Of a DNA stretch of 64,000 nt, positions 1-7,501 are shown piece after piece; position 1 is the first letter of the stretch, and every line of letters begins with the position of its first letter. The DNA lies in the IMG/VR virus record IMGVR_UViG_3300042562_001598, positions 1-64,000 of that record. One strand, written 5' to 3'. Under the pieces are notes generated by a model. The model searched no databases and was not told the origin of the DNA. It saw nothing but the letters and a program-made list of their open reading frames with translations. The translations under genes and the position numbers were made by a program.

Positions 1-190
1 GGGTTTGCGGTTTCCCTAATAAAAAATCGTGCGGAACTTATACTTCTGCGGTAACTTAGAATGAGGATGATGTCCGAATACGTCTTAGGATGGTGGTTAT
101 CAGCTTCCCCATATACAGCTGAATGGGCGGTTATTAACAGCCGATAAATATACGGTTAGGTATAAAAGGGGACTTCGGTCTCCTTTTTTA
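1..190 (+). ncRNA. Putative structured ncRNA, copy 1 (about 160 nt plus terminator; 5' end may lie outside the window); family not recognised
   Basis: Non-coding. Aligns without gaps to 199-388 with 24 differences in the first 160 nt, including compensatory pairs 32/48, 34/46, 104/118, 111/124 and 130/141. G-U-compatible changes favour the + strand. Confidence 0.75.
164..190 (+). terminator. Intrinsic terminator-like hairpin of copy 1
   Basis: aaaaggggac-TTCG-gtctcctttt: cUUCGg tetraloop followed by a T-run. Confidence 0.8.
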
Positions 191-198
191 GACATAAA

Positions 199-388
199 GG
201 GTTTACGGTTTCCTTAATAAAGAATCGGGTGAAACTTATAGTTTTACGGTAACTTAGAATGAGGATGATGTCCGAATACATCTTAGGATGGTGGTTACCA
301 GTTCTCCCGTATAAAACTTAACGGGCGTTTATTAACAAACGAGAAACATACGGTTAGGTAAAAAGAGAGACTTTGGTCTCTTTTTTTA
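199..388 (+). ncRNA. Putative structured ncRNA, copy 2
   Basis: Second copy at an offset of exactly 198 bp. All predicted stems are retained and it ends in its own hairpin plus U-tract. Confidence 0.75.
362..388. terminator. Probable bidirectional intrinsic terminator (copy 2 and the convergent 390..1031 gene)
   Basis: aaaagagagac-tttg-gtctcttttttt, immediately adjacent to the stop codon of the convergent ORF at 390. Confidence 0.8.
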
Positions 389-389
389 G

Positions 390-1031
390 TTATATAAGGT
401 CTTTAACTTTATAACTTCCTTTTAATTGTGGTGTATCAAAAAATGATACCCCTTTAATTTGTGTGATAAAATTAACTTTATATTTATTTTTATCAAATCT
501 ATATACCTCAACAATTTCTTGATAATTGTTTTTAGTTAATAATAAATTTCTACCTTGACCTAATCTCCAATCTTTAGCGTTTTTTATAAATTTTACGATT
601 GTACTTAAGTTATTAATAAATAAGTCAATACCTTCATAAGTGTCAGGGTTTAAGATTCTACTATTATGAAATTTACCTGGAAGTCCAGTCAATGGGTTTA
701 ATGGTGCGTAGTCAGGTTCTGAATTACGGAGTAATCTTTGTTTCCAGTGATTTGTTAGATTGATATCAAACATAATCTCACAACTTACTTGTCCATTTTT
801 ATTTGGTTGCATGTATTCGTCAGGACAAATCCATTTATTACCATTACTATTCCAATTATAAAATGAATTAACTTTTAAAGTTAATTCTGAATTTAATCTA
901 TTAGGAACATTAACGGTTGACTTACCCTCAATTAATAGTTGGTTAATAAAGTTTTCGTGAAGAACAACTTCTTGTATCGTCATTTCACTTTTAAGTGACT
1001 CCCGTAATATTTTTCTAATTAAATCTTTCAT
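390..1031 (-). CDS. Hypothetical protein with MKDLIRKILRE-type N-terminal leader
   Basis: 213-aa ORF with a TATTTAT motif just upstream (ATAAATA at 1039-1045 on +). No recognised catalytic motif. Confidence 0.7.
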   Translation of the reverse strand: MKDLIRKILRESLKSEMTIQEVVLHENFINQLLIEGKSTVNVPNRLNSELTLKVNSFYNWNSNGNKWICPDEYMQPNKNGQVSCEIMFDINLTNHWKQRLLRNSEPDYAPLNPLTGLPGKFHNSRILNPDTYEGIDLFINNLSTIVKFIKNAKDWRLGQGRNLLLTKNNYQEIVEVYRFDKNKYKVNFITQIKGVSFFDTPQLKGSYKVKDLI

Positions 1032-1063
1032 ATCTTTTATAAATATTACTTACCCCCAAAAAA

Positions 1064-1092
1064 TTGACAAATCATATCAAATATCTTATCAT
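1064..1092 (+). promoter_or_regulatory. Sigma70-like promoter upstream of the DNA polymerase gene
   Basis: TTGACA (1064-1069), 17-nt spacer, TATCAT (1087-1092). Confidence 0.7.
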
Positions 1093-1155
1093 TGATATGA
1101 ACAAGACAAACCTCATCAACATGGGAGCTAATAAGTCATCTAAAACAATTTTATT

Positions 1156-3867
1156 ATGATATCACAAGAAGACATTGAGAAGTTCCTACAAGGGAATGAC
1201 GACGAAAAATATATTGTATCGGTTGAATACGACTACACCACTGATGCTATCTACAAAGTTATTGAAGACCCCATTAAAGGTAAATTTATTAAAAAAGACA
1301 CATTCACCCCATTCTGTTGGGTTGGAGACCTTAGAGGTGTTAATTTTTACCAAGGGTCAAAAGACTTACAAAAAGCCGCAATGACCAAATACGGAATTAT
1401 GATTATCAAACTTGAAACAAGTGGTAACGAACGACTTGAGAACGGATTGAAATTTATGGTTAAAGCCATGAAAGGATACCGGGCGTTAGTCCAATTCTTC
1501 CGTGATGGAAACCTTGACCCTTGGGGTGAATCCGCAAAAGATAAATTATTAATCCTTCCCCCAGTTGAACAATACCTAATCTCAAAAGAAAAAAGGTTAT
1601 TCAAGGGGTTTGCAGAATACAATGATATTACCAGACTTGTTTATGACTTGGAGACCACATCTTTGGAACCAAAGGATGGAAGAATATTCATGATTGGAAT
1701 CAAAACAAATAAAGGTTACCAAAAGGTTATTGAATGTTCAAATATTGATGAAGAAAGAAAAGGACTTGTTGAGTTCTTTAATATCATTGATGAACTTAAA
1801 CCAAGTATCATCGGTGGATACAATTCAGCGAACTTTGACTGGTTTTGGATATTTGAAAGATGTAAAGCTCTTAACCTTGATATTAAAAAGATTAGTAAAT
1901 CACTTAACCCAAAAAAACCAATCGGGCAAAAAGATGGTATGTTAAAACTTGCCAATGAAGTTGAAAGGTTCAACCAAGTAACTCTTTGGGGGTATAATGT
2001 TATTGATATCATTCACTCCGTTAGACGAGCTCAAGCCATTAACTCCGGAATCAAATCCGCAGGTCTGAAATATATTACACAATACATCAAAGCAGAAGCT
2101 CCTGACCGAGTATATATTGACCACACAGAAATCGGGTCAATGTATGCCAAAAAAGAAGAGTATTGGTTAAACCTAACAAATGGTAAATATAAAAAAGCTG
2201 ATAACCCAACATTTGATAATTTAGATACCAGATTCCCCGGGACTTACACCAAAGTGACAGGTGATAATATCGTGGAAAGATATCTTGACGATGACTTAGA
2301 AGAAACCCTTCTTGTGGATGATGAATTCAATCAAGGGACTTTTCTACTCGCAACAATGGTTCCAACCACATACGAAAGAGTATCCACAATGGGTACCGCA
2401 ACACTATGGAAAACTATTATGCTCGCGTGGTCATACAAATACAATTTAGCCATACCACAGAAAGAAGAAAAACAAGACTTCGTGGGGGGATTGTCAAGAC
2501 TATTAAAAGTGGGTTACTCTAAAGATGTGTTAAAACTGGATTACTCATCCCTGTATCCTGCCATACAACTAGTTCATAATGTATTCCCTGAATGTGACGT
2601 AACTAACGCAATGAAAAGTATGTTGGGGTATTTCAGAAACTCCCGTATCACTTACAAAAATTTAGCAAAAGAGTTCTATGAAACAGATAAGAAAAAATCA
2701 TTAACATACGATAGAAAGCAGCTTCCTATTAAGGTGTTCATTAACTCCCTATTTGGAGCGTTATCAGCACCTCATGTATTTCCTTGGGGTGAGATGAAAA
2801 GTGGGGAACAGATTACCTGCACAGGTCGTCAATATCTCCGTCAGATGTTGAAGTTTTTTATGAACCGGGGGTATACTGCCCTAGTTTGCGACACAGATGG
2901 TATGAACTTTAGCCTTCCTGAGGAAGGTGTTGAAGATAGAAAATATATTGGAAAAGGTATTAATTGGTTAGTGAAAGAGGGCAAAGAATATACTGGTTAT
3001 AACGCGGATGTTGCGGAATTCAATGATGTCTTTATGAAATCTGTCATGGGTTTAGATTGCGACGGAACATGGGACTCTTGTATTAATTTGGCGAGAAAGA
3101 ACTATGCGACAATGGAAAGTGATGGGAAAATTAAACTTACCGGTAATACAATTAAGTCAAAAAAGTTACCTCTATATATTGAGGTGTTTTTAGATAAAGG
3201 TGTTAGATACTTACTTGAGGGTAAAGGACAAGAATTTATTGAATATTATTATGAATATATTCAGATTATCTTTGATATGAAAATACCGTTAAAACAAATT
3301 GCTCAAAGAGCTAAAGTTAAATTGAGTTTAGACGATTACAATAAACGAAGTACTCAAAGAACAAAAGGTGGTGCGTTTATGTCCAAAATGGCACATATGG
3401 AACTAGCTTTAAAACATAAATTAAAAGTATCGTTAGGTGATGTTATATCTTATGTTAATAACGGAACTAGAGCTTCACATGGTGATGTACAAAAGAAAGG
3501 TGATACAGTTCAGTTAAATTGTTATATGTTAGATGTCGCTGAACTTGAAAACAATCCTGATATGAGTGGGGAATATAATATTCCAAGAGCTATAGCGACT
3601 TTCAATAAAAGAATTCAACCATTGTTAGTTGTGTTCAAGGAAGAAGTTAGAAAAGGGTTACTCGTTACCGACCCTGAACAAAGAGGATTTTTCACTAAAG
3701 ACCAATGTCAAATGATTAATGGTATGCCTTTCAAGGAAAGTGACCAAGATACAATTGAGGATTTGTTAACATTGTCTGAAGGTGAAATTAAATATTGGGA
3801 TAAAGTTGGTATTGACCCTAACTACATCTACGAATTAGCGGAACCAGGATGGGAAGAATTTATGTAA
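1156..3867 (+). CDS. polB: Family B DNA polymerase with 3'-5' proofreading domain (T4 gp43-like)
   Basis: ExoI YDLETT, ExoII YNSANFD, motif A LDYSSLYP, motif B KVFINSLFG, motif C CDTDG. No intein-sized insertion. Confidence 0.95.
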   Translation: MISQEDIEKFLQGNDDEKYIVSVEYDYTTDAIYKVIEDPIKGKFIKKDTFTPFCWVGDLRGVNFYQGSKDLQKAAMTKYGIMIIKLETSGNERLENGLKFMVKAMKGYRALVQFFRDGNLDPWGESAKDKLLILPPVEQYLISKEKRLFKGFAEYNDITRLVYDLETTSLEPKDGRIFMIGIKTNKGYQKVIECSNIDEERKGLVEFFNIIDELKPSIIGGYNSANFDWFWIFERCKALNLDIKKISKSLNPKKPIGQKDGMLKLANEVERFNQVTLWGYNVIDIIHSVRRAQAINSGIKSAGLKYITQYIKAEAPDRVYIDHTEIGSMYAKKEEYWLNLTNGKYKKADNPTFDNLDTRFPGTYTKVTGDNIVERYLDDDLEETLLVDDEFNQGTFLLATMVPTTYERVSTMGTATLWKTIMLAWSYKYNLAIPQKEEKQDFVGGLSRLLKVGYSKDVLKLDYSSLYPAIQLVHNVFPECDVTNAMKSMLGYFRNSRITYKNLAKEFYETDKKKSLTYDRKQLPIKVFINSLFGALSAPHVFPWGEMKSGEQITCTGRQYLRQMLKFFMNRGYTALVCDTDGMNFSLPEEGVEDRKYIGKGINWLVKEGKEYTGYNADVAEFNDVFMKSVMGLDCDGTWDSCINLARKNYATMESDGKIKLTGNTIKSKKLPLYIEVFLDKGVRYLLEGKGQEFIEYYYEYIQIIFDMKIPLKQIAQRAKVKLSLDDYNKRSTQRTKGGAFMSKMAHMELALKHKLKVSLGDVISYVNNGTRASHGDVQKKGDTVQLNCYMLDVAELENNPDMSGEYNIPRAIATFNKRIQPLLVVFKEEVRKGLLVTDPEQRGFFTKDQCQMINGMPFKESDQDTIEDLLTLSEGEIKYWDKVGIDPNYIYELAEPGWEEFM

Positions 3868-3919
3868 AAAAAAAATAATAAAAGTTAGAATTTTACTAAA
3901 AAGATAGATATTTATATAT

Positions 3920-4075
3920 ATGGGACGACCTAAAAAAGAGGAAAAAGATAAGAAAATTAAAGTTGGTATTTGTTTAGACAGAACTCTATATAACACTATG
4001 ATGGAAAATGGTGGAAAGGTCTCTCGTATAATAGAAAATATAATAAGAGAGTATTATGGAAACAAAGATTTGTAG
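3920..4075 (+). CDS. Small ribbon-helix-helix-like DNA-binding protein (51 aa; absent from the ORF track)
   Basis: Hand translation MGRPKKEEKDKKIKVGICLDRTLYNTMMENGGKVSRIIENIIREYYGNKDL. Shows an alternating beta-strand followed by two helices, overlaps the HNH start, and has a paralogue at 37818. Confidence 0.7.
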   Translation: MGRPKKEEKDKKIKVGICLDRTLYNTMMENGGKVSRIIENIIREYYGNKDL

Positions 4076-4775
4076 TAAGTGTAAAGAAGAAAAAAATGTG
4101 TGTGACTTTTATGTTGACCCTAACAATCAAAAATATCGGGCTTCGTGTAAAGTATGTTTCTATTTAACCCTTAAAAAACATAGGGATGGTAATAAAACTA
4201 AAATAAAAGAATATGCTAAAAATTATAGATTAGTTAACAAAGATGATATTAAAGAAAAAGGTAAAATTTATCGTGAAACAAACAAAGAAAGGGTGAAATT
4301 AAACCAAATAAAAAATTCTAAAACATATTATTTGAAAAATCGTGAAGTTATGATTGAAAAAAGTCGAAAATTTCGTGAGAATAATCCAAATTATTCTTTT
4401 GAATATAGAGAAAAAAATCCGAATTATAGTAATGATTATCAAAAAAATAGAAAAAAATATGATTTTATCTTTAAAATCTCACATAATATGAGAGTAAGAA
4501 TGTCAATTTTTCTGAAATCAAAAAATATTACGAAGAAAAATAAAACCTTTGAAATTATTGGTTGTTCACCTAAATTTCTTAAAGAACATATTGAGAAACA
4601 ATTTACTGAAGGTATGTCTTGGGATTTGATGGGTCAACATATTCACATTGACCATATTATACCTCTAGCGTCAGCAAATACTGAGGAAGAAATATATAAA
4701 TTGTGTCATTATACTAATTTACAACCACTGTGGGGTCCTGACAACCTAAGTAAAGGTGCGAAAATTATAACATAA
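4056..4775 (+). CDS. HNH homing-endonuclease-like protein with N-terminal CxxC...CxxC zinc finger
   Basis: CSKC...CKVC at the N-terminus; C-terminal HIDHIIPL...HYTNLQPLW...N HNH core. Confidence 0.85.
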   Translation: METKICSKCKEEKNVCDFYVDPNNQKYRASCKVCFYLTLKKHRDGNKTKIKEYAKNYRLVNKDDIKEKGKIYRETNKERVKLNQIKNSKTYYLKNREVMIEKSRKFRENNPNYSFEYREKNPNYSNDYQKNRKKYDFIFKISHNMRVRMSIFLKSKNITKKNKTFEIIGCSPKFLKEHIEKQFTEGMSWDLMGQHIHIDHIIPLASANTEEEIYKLCHYTNLQPLWGPDNLSKGAKIIT

Positions 4776-4844
4776 AAGTATTACCTTTTGTCGTAAGATA
4801 GACCCCATTTTTTAGGGTTTATCTTTAAACGATTAGTAATAAAA

Positions 4845-4868
4845 AAAAGGTGTCAATTGACACCTTTT
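4845..4868. terminator. Perfect palindrome, probable bidirectional terminator
   Basis: aaaaggtgtcaattgacacctttt lies between convergent genes, with an A-run on one side and a T-run on the other. Confidence 0.75.
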
Positions 4869-4873
4869 ATATT

Positions 4874-5224
4874 TTATTCTAATTTTAATCCGTCACTGGA
4901 TGAAATATACCAAATATTTTCAACTAAATAGAATTCAACACAAGCTCCTTTATCAATCAATATTTCATCGTATAGTTCATCAATTTTATTATTATCTGGA
5001 ACGATTGTAACTTTAGTTAATGCTTTAATAAAGATATGATTAGTTGTTTTAGAGTTTAATAGTATTTCACAACTATCTATATTTTTTATTACAATAAAAG
5101 TCTCACCATTTGTTGAATAGTTACTTTCAGATATCACTTTTCTTAGTTCAGGTGTTGTGGTCATATTTAAAAATTGTTTTTCTCCAATAAGTTTTCTCAT
5201 AATTTTTTTATTAATATTTCTCAT
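4874..5224 (-). CDS. Hypothetical protein
   Basis: 116-aa ORF directly downstream of the neck gene on the same strand. Exact start uncertain. Confidence 0.65.
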   Translation of the reverse strand: MRNINKKIMRKLIGEKQFLNMTTTPELRKVISESNYSTNGETFIVIKNIDSCEILLNSKTTNHIFIKALTKVTIVPDNNKIDELYDEILIDKGACVEFYLVENIWYISSSDGLKLE

Positions 5225-5230
5225 AATTTT

Positions 5231-6346
5231 TTAGATTACATAGATTTGTCTTGGCATAGCACGGAATTTTAGTTGTTTATTTAGATTTTCCGCTAATAAT
5301 GCTTCTTTCTCCATAACTTTTTCAGGACGAAGACGCTCCAATCGTAATTTCAATTCCTCTTCAAGTTTAGTTTGTTCATCTTTACCTTCAGTTAATAAAC
5401 TTTGATAATCCATAGTTAATTCAGAATCCGGTGTTTTGATAGCTCCGCTAAATTTACCTCTTACTCTACCTAAAGTCTGTTTAACATATGCTGTAAACCA
5501 TCTACGAACCCATACTTGAGCTGGGTTATTAAGTTCAGACCAAGCTACTTCTGCGATTGGTACATCAGATGGTAACTTAACAATTTCAGGATTATTTTTT
5601 AAACAAGCATCTCTATCTGCAGGACCAACATCATAGTACCAATAGTGTACTTTTCCACGCATTAATGTTCCATTTCCGAAGTCAAATTTACCCCCAGGTG
5701 TATTCATTAAGTGTATGGCTTTTTTACCATCAGGAAGAGCTGTAACGCGGTATGTAAGGTCACCACCAATTATTCTTCGTTGTATATTAATTTCTTGCAT
5801 TCTAAGAAGCATATCAAAGGCTGGCATCATAAAGTACGACCCTGACATACCCATTTGGGCAAATCCGGCACTACCACCAAGACCTGCTCCACCCATTCCT
5901 CCAAAAGACCAAGGGTCAAAGATAAGGTTATTAAGTGATGATGGTGTAAACCAAAGTAGTTCGTTTAATTCTCTATTTGCGGGAATTTCGTAAATTTGTT
6001 GGTTTTCTTGTAGTTGTATGAAATCTTTTTTAAGAACATCATCACCACCGGCTTGAAGACCTACGATTTTTGAGTATGCGTAAGTGTATCTTGTTTCATA
6101 ATCTAAACTTTTAGTTATGAAGGCTTTGGATAATGATTGTGTATCAAGGTTTAGATTATTAAGGGCGGTCCATTGAGATTCAATTAACCAATCTTGAACG
6201 AATTGGGAGTAATCACCGATAGATAATTCTAATAAACTATCCATCATTTCGTCTTCAATTTCAATTGAACGAACTGGTGCTCCTAATAAGTGTTTAATTC
6301 TTGTGTATAACTTACTTCTTTCGGGTTCTTGAATTATTATTGACAT
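5231..6346 (-). CDS. Neck/head-completion protein (T4 gp13-like)
   Basis: N-terminal IKHLLGAPVRSIEIEDEMMDSLLELSIGDY resembles the gp13-type LGAP-x-I-x-VE start; size is typical. Confidence 0.7.
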   Translation of the reverse strand: MSIIIQEPERSKLYTRIKHLLGAPVRSIEIEDEMMDSLLELSIGDYSQFVQDWLIESQWTALNNLNLDTQSLSKAFITKSLDYETRYTYAYSKIVGLQAGGDDVLKKDFIQLQENQQIYEIPANRELNELLWFTPSSLNNLIFDPWSFGGMGGAGLGGSAGFAQMGMSGSYFMMPAFDMLLRMQEINIQRRIIGGDLTYRVTALPDGKKAIHLMNTPGGKFDFGNGTLMRGKVHYWYYDVGPADRDACLKNNPEIVKLPSDVPIAEVAWSELNNPAQVWVRRWFTAYVKQTLGRVRGKFSGAIKTPDSELTMDYQSLLTEGKDEQTKLEEELKLRLERLRPEKVMEKEALLAENLNKQLKFRAMPRQIYVI

Positions 6347-6358
6347 AATGATATTTTA

Positions 6359-7489
6359 TTAATAAATATCGTTAAGTTCATAAATAATTTTTTCTCTTTG
6401 AGTAGGTTTAATTTTTATTGGTGTTAAGATTGGACTATTAGGTGTGTATTTATAAGCGAGAACATCACTACCTTGTTTAATTCTGTATCTTATAGCTAGT
6501 CTATGTTCACTAGAACCTCTTTGTCCTGCGTTAGACCAATACAATTCAATATCTTCAATATTAATAATTGTGTAGTTATCCAATATAATACCTGATAAAT
6601 TTTTCTTAATTTTTTCTAAAAAGTCTGTATGATTTTCATTAATCCAAACAAAAATATCGTCAATGATATGATTATAAAGGTTAATGTATTCGGGTTTTAA
6701 TTTACCTAATTCACCTTGTTTAAATATTGAGAAAAATTCTGATAAATAACTATCTGCTGCAAAGTTTATTTTTTTAACTTCAAATAGTTCTCCCTCATTA
6801 AATATTTTTCTACCATTCTCTAAAGTTAAATTTTTAATACTTTTTAAATCGGCTTTAATTGGAGGTGTTTCTAAAATAGAAGCTTCAATACATTTTTTAA
6901 TATTGGTAATTATTGATTCATAAGTTTCATCACCACTTTGTATTAATTTTATTAAATCAAAAAAACTTTCTTTAGTTTCTAAATCGCATTTATATTTTAA
7001 TTCTAATTTAGTTCTATAAGGTATAAAAACATCTCCAACAAAACTATCTTCGTATTCGGAATATTCTTTATTACGAACAGATTTTAGGATGTTTTCTAAA
7101 TCATCTTCATTAGTAGTGTCATCTAAATTTTTTAAATTCTGACGTGTTTTAGTATTATTAAATTTTGGGTCGTTGATAAAATCCGAAATAGTGTTTAGGT
7201 AAGATACGGTATTACTACTGTTTAAAGAAAGATTAATAATTTTAGGTAAGATACCTGATTTTTTCCAAGTAAAAAAATTAAATAAGTTTTCAACACTTTT
7301 ATTTAACGATGTTAATTCGTCACCTTTTATCTTTTTACTAAAATCATATAATTTACAATAAGGTGTATCTGTATTATTTTTAGTTTTTTTACATAATGAA
7401 TAAATATAGTTTAATGGTTCATCAGGGAATAGACTTCCCTGATTTGCTATTAATCTTTTATATTGTGATTGACTTATTAAAACTTTCAT
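6359..7489 (-). CDS. Hypothetical protein, possible PD-(D/E)xK nuclease fold
   Basis: 376 aa with MKVLISQSQ leader and a KADL...FEVKK motif. The nuclease call is tentative. Confidence 0.55.
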   Translation of the reverse strand: MKVLISQSQYKRLIANQGSLFPDEPLNYIYSLCKKTKNNTDTPYCKLYDFSKKIKGDELTSLNKSVENLFNFFTWKKSGILPKIINLSLNSSNTVSYLNTISDFINDPKFNNTKTRQNLKNLDDTTNEDDLENILKSVRNKEYSEYEDSFVGDVFIPYRTKLELKYKCDLETKESFFDLIKLIQSGDETYESIITNIKKCIEASILETPPIKADLKSIKNLTLENGRKIFNEGELFEVKKINFAADSYLSEFFSIFKQGELGKLKPEYINLYNHIIDDIFVWINENHTDFLEKIKKNLSGIILDNYTIINIEDIELYWSNAGQRGSSEHRLAIRYRIKQGSDVLAYKYTPNSPILTPIKIKPTQREKIIYELNDIY

Positions 7490-7501
7490 AATAAATAAAT
7501 A

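Larger units (their letters stand above)
1..388 (+). repeat. Tandem direct repeat, period 198 bp, 2 copies visible, about 85% identical
   Basis: Direct alignment, e.g. shared core ggtaacttagaatgaggatgatgtccgaatac at 50-81 and 248-279. Confidence 0.95.

Noticed and set aside
1-388. CRISPR or TIGR-like guide array interpretation of the 198-bp repeat
   Set aside because: The copies are similar along their whole length, and the differences are mostly compensatory rather than forming a unique spacer. Unit size does not fit, and no Cas or Nop-domain gene is in the window.
1-388. tRNA, tmRNA, hammerhead/twister/pistol ribozyme, or TPP/cobalamin/SAM riboswitch identity
   Set aside because: No cloverleaf with T-loop/CCA, no CUGAUGA...GAAA core and no riboswitch consensus found by eye. 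An Rfam search is still needed.
3892-3920. TTTACT-17-TATATA sigma70-like promoter before the first RHH-HNH cassette
   Set aside because: The putative -10 element overlaps the ATG, so the TSS would fall inside the ORF. The TATTTAT motif fits better.
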